A stretch of DNA of 32,000 bases from Candidatus Saganbacteria bacterium (GCA_026387835.1 JAPLKZ010000005.1:211048-243047), one strand, 5' to 3'. Positions 17,365-26,544 are shown, numbered from the stretch's first letter. Translations and numbers: made by a program. The notes: generated by a model not told the origin, from the letters alone.

Positions 17365-18620
17365 TAAATTTCCGCCTGCTCAGGAATTCCGACATGACAC
17401 TGTGGATCTGCGCGGCATTCCTTGTCCTGACCGGTTTTTTGGCCATATATTCATCGACGTTCGCGATGATGTCAAGAAAAGCGGCGATCTTTACCGAAGC
17501 CAATATAGATTCCCTGATGTTCTTAAAAAGGCACCTTGCTACTTTTTTCGTGGCGCTGTTGTTCATGTCGTTTTTCATGTACATCGATTATGCCCATCTG
17601 AAAACGGCTTCGTCATGGCTTTACGCTTTCATGATAGTCCTTCTTTTGACCGTGCTGTTCGTCGGTTTTGAAAGCTACGGGGCGCAGCGATGGATAGGGG
17701 CCGGGCCGTTTTCATTCCAGCCTTCGGAGATATCCAAGCTGATAATCATCATAGCTCTCGCAAAATATCTGGAGTCTAAAAAAGGCCTTGAACGCCTGAG
17801 AGACCTTTTTTTGCCGGCGGTGATAGTCGGCGTGCCGTTTTTGATGATATTCAAACAGCCGGACCTGGGCACCGCGCTCGTGCTTGCCGCGATCACGGTC
17901 ACGATGGTCGTCTGGACGCAGGACAACCCGATGATATTATTACTGATATTCACTCCGGTCATCAGCGTCTTTGCCAGTCTCGCATGGATATGGTGGCTGG
18001 TCTATCTTGTTATCCTTGCGGCCGCGCTCTATCTCATCAGGCCTAAAGTAATAGATTTTATTTCCATAATAGCGGTGAATATTTTGACCGGACTTGCCGT
18101 GCCTGTGGTCTGGCATCTTTTAAAGGATTACCAGAAACAGAGGCTCTTTATCTTTTTGAACCCGTCTTCCGACCCGTTCGGCGCGGGATACCACACTATC
18201 CAGTCGCAGATCGCCATAGGTTCCGGAGGATTTTTCGGGGCCGGATATCTTCACGGCACACAGACACAGCTGCAGTTCATCCCGCAGCAGTGGACCGATT
18301 TCATCTTTTCGATGATCGGAGAGGAGTTCGGCCTGATCGGATCATTGCTGGTGATAATCGTGTTCGCGGTGCTCATCTGGAGGGCGATAACCATTGCTAT
18401 AGAAGCCGGGGATATGTTCGGAAGCCTTTTGGCCGCGGGGATCGCCGCGATGTTCGCTTTTCACGCGGCTGTCAATATCGGCATGACGCTCGGCATCGCG
18501 CCAGTCGTTGGAATACCTCTTCCTTTTATCAGCTATGGCGGAACATCATTAATAGTGTCTTTGAGCGCGATAGGGATACTCCAGAGCATTTCGATGAGAA
18601 GGGTGAAGCTGTTCTTTTAG
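17361..18620 (+). CDS. rodA: SEDS-family peptidoglycan polymerase (FtsW/RodA/SpoVE), RodA-like
   Basis: 419 aa, about 10 TM helices. SEDS motifs QPSEISKL, QPDLGTA, TDFIFS..GEE.G, PLPFISYGGTS. ATGA overlap with trpE. Confidence 0.8.
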   Translation: MINFRLLRNSDMTLWICAAFLVLTGFLAIYSSTFAMMSRKAAIFTEANIDSLMFLKRHLATFFVALLFMSFFMYIDYAHLKTASSWLYAFMIVLLLTVLFVGFESYGAQRWIGAGPFSFQPSEISKLIIIIALAKYLESKKGLERLRDLFLPAVIVGVPFLMIFKQPDLGTALVLAAITVTMVVWTQDNPMILLLIFTPVISVFASLAWIWWLVYLVILAAALYLIRPKVIDFISIIAVNILTGLAVPVVWHLLKDYQKQRLFIFLNPSSDPFGAGYHTIQSQIAIGSGGFFGAGYLHGTQTQLQFIPQQWTDFIFSMIGEEFGLIGSLLVIIVFAVLIWRAITIAIEAGDMFGSLLAAGIAAMFAFHAAVNIGMTLGIAPVVGIPLPFISYGGTSLIVSLSAIGILQSISMRRVKLFF

Positions 18621-18643
18621 AGCTTATCGCTTAGAGCTTCTTC

Positions 18644-18672
18644 TTGCCATTGCTCCCCGCATTTGTTATCAT
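18644..18672 (+). promoter_or_regulatory. sigma70-like promoter candidate for glyQ and the downstream cluster
   Basis: TTGCCA (18644-18649), 17-nt spacer, TATCAT (18667-18672), 14 nt before ATG 18687. Confidence 0.4.
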
Positions 18673-18686
18673 ATTTTCAATAATAG

Positions 18687-19586
18687 ATGAAAAAAACGAA
18701 GCAATTAAATTTTCAGGAGATCATCTTCAGGCTTGAGCAGTACTGGGCAGGGCAGGGATGCGTGATCCAGCAGCCGTACGATATGGAAAAGGGCGCGGGC
18801 ACAATGTCTCCCCCGACTTTTTTCAGAGTGCTGGGACCGGAGCCTTGGAACGTGGCGTACGTCGATCCCGTGCGGCGTCCCGGGGACGGAAGGTACGGTG
18901 AAAATCCGAACAGGCTCGGAGCTTATTATCAATACCAGGTCATCCTGAAACCGTCACCCCTGGACGTACAGGACATCTATATAAAATCTTTGAGCGTCCT
19001 CGGCATCGACCCGAAAAAACACGACCTGAAATTCGTTGAAGACAACTGGGAGTCCCCCACGCTCGGAGCCTGGGGCGTCGGCTGGGAAGTCTGGCTTGAC
19101 GGGCTTGAGATAACCCAGTTCACATATTTCCAGCAGTGCGGGGGGTTCGAGCTGAAGCCGATAAGCGCGGAGATAACTTACGGCCTTGAGAGGCTCGCGA
19201 TGTACATCCAGAAAAAGACGAACGTCTACGATATAGAATGGAATGAGCGGGTCACTTACGGCGATGTGCACCTCCAGGCCGAGAAGGAATATTCAAAGTT
19301 CAGTTTTGAGGAGGCTGATATCGATCTCCTGATGCAGTGGTTTGAAGGATACGAGAAAGAATCCTCGAGGCTTTTGAGATCGAACCTGGTCCTGCCCGCG
19401 TACGATTATGTGCTGAAGTGCTCTCACGCGTTCAATCTTCTGGAAGCGCGCGGAGCGATAAGCGTTACGGAAAGAGCTAATTATATAGGCAAGATCAGGA
19501 AGCTCGCGCGTATCTGCGCCAAATTATACCTGGAACAGAGAGAACAGTTAAGTTATCCGCTGATAAAAAATAAGGAGAATAAATAG
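18687..19586 (+). CDS. glyQ: glycine--tRNA ligase alpha subunit
   Basis: 299 aa. Near-invariant GlyQ sequence ([52 protein letters not shown]). Confidence 0.96.
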   Translation: MKKTKQLNFQEIIFRLEQYWAGQGCVIQQPYDMEKGAGTMSPPTFFRVLGPEPWNVAYVDPVRRPGDGRYGENPNRLGAYYQYQVILKPSPLDVQDIYIKSLSVLGIDPKKHDLKFVEDNWESPTLGAWGVGWEVWLDGLEITQFTYFQQCGGFELKPISAEITYGLERLAMYIQKKTNVYDIEWNERVTYGDVHLQAEKEYSKFSFEEADIDLLMQWFEGYEKESSRLLRSNLVLPAYDYVLKCSHAFNLLEARGAISVTERANYIGKIRKLARICAKLYLEQREQLSYPLIKNKENK

Positions 19587-19588
19587 CA

Positions 19589-20278
19589 ATGAATAAACTA
19601 TTGAAGCTTTTTGACAAGAATAAATTGACACTGATAGTAAGCCTGCCGGACAATTCCCCGGACCTCGCAAAAGCGGCGGTCGCCGGAGGAGCGGACGCGC
19701 TTAAGGTCCACATCAACATAAAGCATCAGGCAAGCGGCGTCACTTTCGGCTCTCTTGACCAGGAAGGCCCAAATCTTGAAAAGATACTAAAGGCGGCAAA
19801 GATACCGGTCGGTATTGTTCCGGGCAACGAAAAGAAGCCCTCCGAGAAAGAGATGCAGGAGATAATCAAAATGGGGTTTGATTTCTTTGACATGAACATA
19901 AATCAGATGCCGCCTTTCATGCTGGGGCTCAAAGGCATCACAAAAGTCGCGGCGATAGACGGAAAGGACGCGTCCGAGCGCCTCGTCACGATAAAAGAAG
20001 AGAACTGCGAAGCTATCGAGGCGGCGATCATCCCGCATCTCGGATACGGCCAGAACCTGACTATCGGCGACCTTCAGTATTACATCAGCATCGCGATAAC
20101 TTCGCAGCTGCCGGTGATCGTGCCTACTCAGAGAAAGATCGGATCTGATGAGGTCCCGATAATAGCCGAGACGGGCGTCAAATCGCTGATGATAGGAGCT
20201 ATCGTGACAGGGAAGACAGCTAAGATGATCGAACAGGCCACCAGAGATTACAGAAAAGCGATAGACAAGCTGGAATGA
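19589..20278 (+). CDS. hypothetical enzyme, probable phosphate-binding TIM barrel (NanE-like by eye)
   Basis: 229 aa. Alternating beta/alpha pattern. LIVSLPDNSPDLAKAAVAGGADALKVHIN and C-terminal GVKSLMIGAIVTG resemble the first strand and the terminal phosphate-binding loop of NanE/ribulose-phosphate-binding barrels. The function is not established. Confidence 0.45.
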   Translation: MNKLLKLFDKNKLTLIVSLPDNSPDLAKAAVAGGADALKVHINIKHQASGVTFGSLDQEGPNLEKILKAAKIPVGIVPGNEKKPSEKEMQEIIKMGFDFFDMNINQMPPFMLGLKGITKVAAIDGKDASERLVTIKEENCEAIEAAIIPHLGYGQNLTIGDLQYYISIAITSQLPVIVPTQRKIGSDEVPIIAETGVKSLMIGAIVTGKTAKMIEQATRDYRKAIDKLE

Positions 20279-21045
20279 TCAAGCTGTCCAGGCCAGCGGT
20301 CGCGGCAGTCCTCGTACAATTATTCCTCATATTGTTTTCAATAAGGGCTTTTGCATTTTCTTTCGCCGTGATGGGCGACAACCAGGGCAATGACAAAATA
20401 TTTCAAAAAATCCTTACTATGGTGGACAGTGATAAAAGCATAAATTTTGCTGTCAATACCGGCGATATCACCTCTACAAGTTCCGCGTGGGAATTCAAGA
20501 AATATAAAAGCATGATCAGCCATTCGAGAGTAAAGTTTTACAACTGCATAGGCAACCATGACGTCCAATATCTTGGCAGGCAGATATTTATGGCAACATT
20601 CGGCAGCACTTACTATTCCTGGGACCACGGGGGCTATCATTTTATTTGCCTTGATAATGTACGGCCGAACGGGCTGGGCAGTTTGCAATATTCCTGGCTG
20701 AAGAAGGACCTCTCTTTAAATAAAGACAAGCCCAAGTTCATTTTCATGCACAAGCCGTTATTTGACATTTCCGGTTCTTTTCCGGAAGAAGTCATGTTCC
20801 CCAGAGCCCAGGCAGCAAGCTTGACGGCTATTTTCAAAAAAAATAAAGTCAAGGCGGTCTTCTGCGGGCATGTCCACGGATACGCAAAAGAAGAAAAAGA
20901 CGGCGTCTTGTATATTATCGCGGCAGGAGGCGGGGGCTCTCTGTACCTGCCTTATTTTTCCGGCGGGTTCTATAACTACGTTAATATTACGGTCGACGAT
21001 GATAATATATATGATGAGGTCATCAAGATCGAAGATGAAAATTGA
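20275..21045 (+). CDS. signal-anchored calcineurin-like metallophosphoesterase
   Basis: 256 aa. Hydrophobic N-terminus. Motifs MGDNQG, NTGDI, GNHD, MHKP, GHVHG. ATGA overlap with the upstream gene. Confidence 0.85.
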   Translation: MIKLSRPAVAAVLVQLFLILFSIRAFAFSFAVMGDNQGNDKIFQKILTMVDSDKSINFAVNTGDITSTSSAWEFKKYKSMISHSRVKFYNCIGNHDVQYLGRQIFMATFGSTYYSWDHGGYHFICLDNVRPNGLGSLQYSWLKKDLSLNKDKPKFIFMHKPLFDISGSFPEEVMFPRAQAASLTAIFKKNKVKAVFCGHVHGYAKEEKDGVLYIIAAGGGGSLYLPYFSGGFYNYVNITVDDDNIYDEVIKIEDEN

Positions 21046-21062
21046 GAGGATCTTCATTTAAC

Positions 21063-22532
21063 ATGAAAAAGATCGCATTGGTCCCGCTTGACGACCGTCC
21101 GTGCAATCTAAAGTTCCCTGCTAAGCTGGCTTCAGCGGAGAATATAGAAATAATATGTCCTCCCAAAGAAATATTGGGCCATTTTCTTGATCCCGGTTCT
21201 CCTGATGATATCGCATCATGGATAGAAAGTAAGATAGACGAGGCCGATGCTTTCATCATCTCGATAGACATGTTGTGTTACGGCGGGCTTATCGCGTCGC
21301 GCCGGCCTAAGGTAGCTCTTGAGGAAGCCGTTAAAAGGCTCGGTATAATATCAAAGATCAAAAAGACAAGGCCGGATGTCCCCGTCTATCTGTTCAATGT
21401 TTTAATGAGGATGTCGATAACGGTGGAAAATGAAGATTCTAAAATTATCTGGGAGAATATTTTCAGATTCTTCGAGCTTTCGGCAGTCGCAGAGATCACA
21501 AAAAACCACGGGGACGTCAAGGCTGCCGAGGATATAAAAAAAAGAATACCAAAAAATATTTTTGATGATTACTTCTTAGCCAGAAAAAGGAATCATGAGA
21601 TAAATAAAAAAACGATCGAACTGGCAGGCAGCAGCTTCGCGGACTTTATAGTGATCGCAAAGGAAGACTGCGCTGTTAACGGGCCTCAAAAAGAAGAGGA
21701 AACCGACCTGAGTAAGATGATAGACGACGGCGGGCTTGGGCAAAAGGCTGTGATAATGAACGGTGCTGATGAAGCGGCTTGTGTTTTAGTCTCAAGGATG
21801 ATACTTAAAACAACAAACAAGACGCCTTTAATTGCGGCAAGATATTCAAAGAACAAAGGCAAAGACATCGCCCTGTATGAGGACGAAGAACTCTGCGGGG
21901 TTGTTTCCGATCATATAAATGCTCTCGGGGCAAAAGAGACCGCGTCCCTGAAAGATGCAGAGGTCGTCCTTTTTGTCCATTCGTTCGACAAAAAGCAGAA
22001 AGACCTTTTATTCGAGGAAGTTATGATGCGGGGGGAAGAAGAACGGCACCTGCTGAAGAATTTCTGTTCTGAGATCGTGCTTGCTGCGGAGATCGGAAAG
22101 AAGACCGCGGTAGCCGACTGCTGTTATGCCAACGGAGGCGACCCTGAGTTCATGCTCTATCTGAAAAATGCCATAGACCTGTCATCGCTGTCCTCTTTTG
22201 CCGGCTGGAACACGGCGGGCAATTCTATCGGCTGCAGCCTTGCGCAGGCAGTCCTTCCGCAGAACAAGAGTTTTCTGCTGGAGCGTTTCATTGATGATCT
22301 GGGGTATCAGGCGACTGTCCGGCCTAAAATAAACGCCTTAATAAAACAAAAAGGGATATCGCCGTTTAATTTGGGCGATAATAACAAGGAAGTCGAGCAG
22401 ATGGTGATCTCAGAAATGGATACATGGACAAAAGAATTCTTGTCAAGCTTACAGCTCACAACTTACACCTTACAGCTATCCCTTCCCTGGCCCCGGACCT
22501 TCGAAATCGACTGTGATATAATCTTGCCATGA
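21063..22532 (+). CDS. DUF4127-like protein of unknown function
   Basis: The N-terminus KIALVPLDDRPCN matches my recollection of the DUF4127 family, as does the ~490 aa length. The ORF track gives an alternative TTG start at 21042, overlapping the previous stop by 4 nt. Confidence 0.55.
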   Translation: MKKIALVPLDDRPCNLKFPAKLASAENIEIICPPKEILGHFLDPGSPDDIASWIESKIDEADAFIISIDMLCYGGLIASRRPKVALEEAVKRLGIISKIKKTRPDVPVYLFNVLMRMSITVENEDSKIIWENIFRFFELSAVAEITKNHGDVKAAEDIKKRIPKNIFDDYFLARKRNHEINKKTIELAGSSFADFIVIAKEDCAVNGPQKEEETDLSKMIDDGGLGQKAVIMNGADEAACVLVSRMILKTTNKTPLIAARYSKNKGKDIALYEDEELCGVVSDHINALGAKETASLKDAEVVLFVHSFDKKQKDLLFEEVMMRGEEERHLLKNFCSEIVLAAEIGKKTAVADCCYANGGDPEFMLYLKNAIDLSSLSSFAGWNTAGNSIGCSLAQAVLPQNKSFLLERFIDDLGYQATVRPKINALIKQKGISPFNLGDNNKEVEQMVISEMDTWTKEFLSSLQLTTYTLQLSLPWPRTFEIDCDIILP

Positions 22533-23788
22533 ACGATATCCAGACAGATGTACTCGTGTGCGGAGCCGGTCCCGCGGGTTTTGCGGCCGCGATAGCGGCT
22601 TCAAGGCTGGAAGTAAAAGTCCTTTTGCTGGAGCGTTACGGGTTCCTGGGAGGGATGGCGGCCGCAGGGATCGTGAACCCTTTCATGGTACCGAAACTGA
22701 ACGGCGAGCCGCTTGTAAAAGGCATATTTGAAGAGATAACAGAAAGGCTGAAGAAAGAAAATGGTTGCGCCGAAGGCTCCCTTTTTGACCAGCCGCACAT
22801 CATATTTGATCAGGAGGTCCTGAAAAATATTCTTTTTGAGATGATAGACGAAGCGCAGATAAAACTTTTGCTCCACAGTTTTGCGGTCGCATCCATAATG
22901 AAAGGCAATGAGATAAAAGGCGTTGTCGCTGCGGGAAAATCAGGCGACATCAAAATATTCGCGAAACGGGTGGTAGACGCGACAGGGGATGGTGATATAG
23001 CCGCTTTATCAGGCGCGGAATTCGAAAAAGGCAGGCCGCAGGACCATTTAAGCCAGCCGATGACACTTATGTTCAGGGTCTCGGGCATCGACGAAGAAAA
23101 CATGCCTTCCAGGGAAAAGATCGATGAGTTATTTTTGGAAAGCAAAAGACAGGGCAGAATACGCACGCCGAGGGAGAACTTTCTCTGGTTCGAAACGACA
23201 AGGAAAGGCGAGATACAGGTCAATTCCACAAGAGTTCCCAAAGTAGACGGCACTGACGTGCTTGACCTTACAAAGGCTGAGGTCGAGGCAAGAAAACAGG
23301 TATCGAATTTATTCAAATTCCTGAAAACCGTCCCGGGCTTTGAGAATTCTTATATAAGCCTTGTCGCACCTCAGGTCGGTGTAAGGGAATCAAGAAGGGT
23401 CGCAGGAGAATACAGGCTGACGGAAAACGATGTGATGGACGGCACTAAGTTCGATGATCCGGTCGCCAGGTGTAATTATCCGATAGATATCCATAGCCCC
23501 GACGGGAGGAGCACTACGTTCAGAAAGCCCGGACCGGGGACTTACTACGAGATACCCTACAGGTGCCTTGTTCCAAAGAAGATAGAGAATTTGCTTGTGG
23601 CGGGAAGATGTATTTCCGTGACGCACGAAGCGCTGTCCTCGATGAGGATAATGCCGGTCTGCATGGCTCTCGGCCAGGCAGCGGGCGCGGCAGCCGCCAT
23701 CTCTTTGAAAAAACATGTCACTCCCCGCAAAATAGATTACTGCGACCTGAGAAAGGTGATCAATGAACAGGGAGCCGAAATGCGGTGA
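22529..23788 (+). CDS. FAD-dependent oxidoreductase (FAD_oxidored/GIDA-like fold)
   Basis: 419 aa. N-terminal dinucleotide-binding motif DVLVCGAGPAGFAAA...LLLER, and a second motif ATGDGD. ATGA overlap with the upstream gene. Confidence 0.8.
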   Translation: MNDIQTDVLVCGAGPAGFAAAIAASRLEVKVLLLERYGFLGGMAAAGIVNPFMVPKLNGEPLVKGIFEEITERLKKENGCAEGSLFDQPHIIFDQEVLKNILFEMIDEAQIKLLLHSFAVASIMKGNEIKGVVAAGKSGDIKIFAKRVVDATGDGDIAALSGAEFEKGRPQDHLSQPMTLMFRVSGIDEENMPSREKIDELFLESKRQGRIRTPRENFLWFETTRKGEIQVNSTRVPKVDGTDVLDLTKAEVEARKQVSNLFKFLKTVPGFENSYISLVAPQVGVRESRRVAGEYRLTENDVMDGTKFDDPVARCNYPIDIHSPDGRSTTFRKPGPGTYYEIPYRCLVPKKIENLLVAGRCISVTHEALSSMRIMPVCMALGQAAGAAAAISLKKHVTPRKIDYCDLRKVINEQGAEMR

Positions 23789-24098
23789 CAGTCTGTCCGG
23801 TGCACTTCTTGCGGATCAGATCAAATCTGTCTATCCGGAAAAGACGCCGGCAGAGATCGCTGAAAAGCTGGGCCTCAAAGTAATATTTGAAAGACCTGTC
23901 AATATGGGCGGAGTAAAAAGGATCAGCGAATACAGGCCGAAAACAAAAGAAATAGCGGTATTTTACAGTGAAAAAAAAGACGAAGCGGTCGCGCATGAGC
24001 TGTTCCATTATTTTGAAATGGCGAACGCGTTGAGGCCCGGCCGTAATAAGATATCCGAGTCCGAAGCCTCAATATTCGCAAAAAATCTGATACAATAA
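23763..24098 (+). CDS. short ImmA/IrrE-like HExxH metallopeptidase-domain protein
   Basis: 111 aa. HELFH (HExxH) followed ~20 aa later by E..A..FA..L (SESEASIFAKNL), as in ImmA/IrrE (Peptidase_M78/DUF955). Preceded by AEKLGLKVIF...IAVFYS as in that family. Overlaps the upstream gene by 26 nt. Confidence 0.55.
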   Translation: MNREPKCGDSLSGALLADQIKSVYPEKTPAEIAEKLGLKVIFERPVNMGGVKRISEYRPKTKEIAVFYSEKKDEAVAHELFHYFEMANALRPGRNKISESEASIFAKNLIQ

Positions 24099-24135
24099 TA
24101 ATATCCGTTGAATAAAAAAAAGGAGGGGAACGAAA

Positions 24136-24246
24136 ATGGCAAATAAAGAACAACAGGGCAATAAGAATGACAAAAAAGCGCCGAAGCTGTCGCTGAAAGA
24201 GAAGAGGGCGGCAAAGAAAGAAAAACAGGCGACAAAGCATTATTAG
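24136..24246 (+). CDS. unannotated small, highly basic protein (36 aa: MANKEQQGNKNDKKAPKLSLKEKRAAKKEKQATKHY)
   Basis: Below the ORF-track size cutoff. ATG 24136 is preceded by AAGGAGGGG (24120-24128) at about 7-nt spacing. Stop TAG at 24244-24246. Lies in an otherwise empty 210-nt gap. Confidence 0.45.
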   Translation: MANKEQQGNKNDKKAPKLSLKEKRAAKKEKQATKHY

Positions 24247-24309
24247 AAAAGTTCGACTAACACGGGCAGCGCACCACATACCGCACAATTGTGTTAGAAT
24301 TCTTTTTGA

Positions 24310-25362
24310 ATGATATACTTCATAGTCTTTTTCATATCAAGCGTATTAACTATTCTTTTTGTGCCTTTTGCTAAAAAATCAGCGTTCCTGTTAAATGCGA
24401 TCGACAAGCCTTCCGACAGGAAAGTCCATAAAAGTTCGATGCCCAGGCTTGGGGGACTGGCTATCTATTTAGGGTTCATGGCAGCGGTCCTGACAGGTCT
24501 TCTGATCGCCGTCATAAGGCATATGCACCTGAACTATCTGGCGATAACAGGCATACTGCTCGGTTCTTCCCTGATGCTGATAGTCGGTATGTTCGATGAC
24601 ATGAAAAACATCCCGGCAACAAAAAAATTGCTCCTTCAAATATTGATCTCACTGGTCCCGATAATGTTCGGGGTCCAGATAACTTTCATTTCAAACCCGG
24701 TAACGGGGATCCTGTTGCTCGGTTTCATCTCGGTCCCGGTCACGATATTGTGGGTGGTCGGCATCACGAACGCGCTGAATTTTGTCGACGGGCTTGACGG
24801 TCTGGCTTCCGGTATAACCGCGATAGCCGCTACTACTCTATTTATTGTCGCGGTAAGGATACACCAGCCGGGGGCGGCGATACTTATGATAGCTCTTGCC
24901 GGCGCCACGGCAGGTTTTTTGCGCTATAATTTCAATCCGGCGTCGATATTTTTAGGCGATTCCGGAAGCCTTTTTCTGGGTTTTATGCTTGCGACCTGTT
25001 CGGTGATAGGCGTATTGAAAAGCTCGATGATACTGGCCCTGCTTATTCCGGCGTTCATAATGGGTATCCCTATCTTTGATGCCGCCTCTGTAATAATGAG
25101 GAGGGTGCGCGACGGGCGGCACATCTTCGACGCCGACAGGAGACACCTCCACCACAGGCTTCTTGACAGAGGGTTCAGCCACAGGCAGGTCGTCCTTTCG
25201 ATATACAGCGCCTGCATCCTGCTGAGCATCGGGACTTTGGCAGTAACATTTTTGAGGGTCTCCCACGCGCTGGTCGTGCTGGGCATAGTGGCAATAATTG
25301 TCTTTACCGTCTTTTATCAGATCAAAAAATACGTAAGAAAATACGTGGTACTGGAGAAATAA
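24310..25362 (+). CDS. wecA: UDP-GlcNAc:undecaprenyl-phosphate GlcNAc-1-phosphate transferase (WecA/TagO, MraY-like GT4 family)
   Basis: 350 aa polytopic membrane protein. DRKVH, MFDDMKN, NALNFVDGLDGLASG and FLGDSGS motifs of the polyprenyl-phosphate N-acetylhexosamine-1-P transferases. Confidence 0.85.
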   Translation: MIYFIVFFISSVLTILFVPFAKKSAFLLNAIDKPSDRKVHKSSMPRLGGLAIYLGFMAAVLTGLLIAVIRHMHLNYLAITGILLGSSLMLIVGMFDDMKNIPATKKLLLQILISLVPIMFGVQITFISNPVTGILLLGFISVPVTILWVVGITNALNFVDGLDGLASGITAIAATTLFIVAVRIHQPGAAILMIALAGATAGFLRYNFNPASIFLGDSGSLFLGFMLATCSVIGVLKSSMILALLIPAFIMGIPIFDAASVIMRRVRDGRHIFDADRRHLHHRLLDRGFSHRQVVLSIYSACILLSIGTLAVTFLRVSHALVVLGIVAIIVFTVFYQIKKYVRKYVVLEK

Positions 25363-25363
25363 A

Positions 25364-26539
25364 ATGCAGCAGTTAAAAAGAGTGATGTTCGCTTTCGGGA
25401 CAAGGCCGGAGGCCATAAAAATAGCGCCGGTGATAAACGAGATCTACAAGCACAGTGATATCTTCGCGCCGATAGTGGTCGTGACCGCGCAGCACAGGGA
25501 AATGCTCGACCAGACGCTCAAGATATTCGACATCAAGCCCGATTACGATCTGGATATCATGGAGCAGGACCAGACTATTTCAAATATCGTAACTAAGACG
25601 CTGCAGGGTTTTGAGGATATCATTCTGCAGGAACGGCCGGACATGGTCATAGTCCAGGGAGACACGTCCACCGCTTTCGCGTCGGCGCTGGCCGCCTTCT
25701 ACAGAAAAGTCCCGGTCGGACATATAGAAGCGGGGCTGCGGACAAAGAACAAGTTCAATCCCTTTCCAGAAGAGATGAACAGAAAACTTATTTCCGCGAT
25801 CGCGGACATGCATTTTGCTCCGACGGAGATGTCGGTAAATAACCTGTTGAGCGAAAGTGTCTCCCGAAGTAATATTTTTCTTACCGGTAACACCGTGATC
25901 GATGCACTATTGTCTGTAGTTTCGAGACCGTATGATCTGAAGAGGTCTGGTGTCAGCATAAAACCCGGTAAAAAACTGATCCTGGTCACGACGCACCGCA
26001 GGGAAAGCTTCGGCATACCGATGCGGAACGCACTCGAAGCAATAGCAAAGATCGCAAAAAAATTCGGAGACGAAGTCCAGATCGTCCTTCCGGTCCATAA
26101 GAACCCGAACGTCAGGGACGTCGTTTTTGATGTGCTGGATAACCTGCCTAACGTCGATCTTGTCGAGCCGATGGATTATCTTCCTTTCGTGCATCTGATG
26201 AAGGAATCTTATATTATCCTTACGGATTCGGGCGGCATACAGGAAGAAGCTCCTTCGCTTGGGAAACCGGTCCTGGTGCTCAGGGAGATAACCGAAAGGC
26301 CGGAAGCGGTCCTCGCCGGCACGGTAAAAATTGTCGGAACGGATCCCGGCACAATATTCAATGAGACCCAAAAGCTGTTAACGGACAAGGACGCTTACGA
26401 TAAAATGTCGCATGCTGTGAACCCGTACGGTGACGGGAACGCTTCTTCAAGGATAATCACCAGCCTGCTGAAACACTTCGGTTTCACAGACAGAAAAGTC
26501 GAGGAATTCGACTTCCGCAATATCGCGCCGAAGAACTGA
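25364..26539 (+). CDS. wecB: UDP-N-acetylglucosamine 2-epimerase (non-hydrolysing)
   Basis: 391 aa. FGTRPEAIKIAPV, VQGDTSTAFA, HIEAGLRT, DSGGIQEEAPSLGKPVLVLR motifs. Confidence 0.92.
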   Translation: MQQLKRVMFAFGTRPEAIKIAPVINEIYKHSDIFAPIVVVTAQHREMLDQTLKIFDIKPDYDLDIMEQDQTISNIVTKTLQGFEDIILQERPDMVIVQGDTSTAFASALAAFYRKVPVGHIEAGLRTKNKFNPFPEEMNRKLISAIADMHFAPTEMSVNNLLSESVSRSNIFLTGNTVIDALLSVVSRPYDLKRSGVSIKPGKKLILVTTHRRESFGIPMRNALEAIAKIAKKFGDEVQIVLPVHKNPNVRDVVFDVLDNLPNVDLVEPMDYLPFVHLMKESYIILTDSGGIQEEAPSLGKPVLVLREITERPEAVLAGTVKIVGTDPGTIFNETQKLLTDKDAYDKMSHAVNPYGDGNASSRIITSLLKHFGFTDRKVEEFDFRNIAPKN

Positions 26540-26544
26540 ATTCA

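Noticed and set aside
18621-18686. T-box or riboswitch leader upstream of glyQ
   Set aside because: The gap is only 66 nt and most of it is taken by a promoter-like TTGCCA-17-TATCAT. There is no room for a T-box (~200 nt or more).
24257-24297. Terminator after the 36-aa ORF
   Set aside because: The inverted repeat CTAACAC/GTGTTAG is only 7 bp with a 27-nt loop. It is followed by a short T run but is too weak to call.
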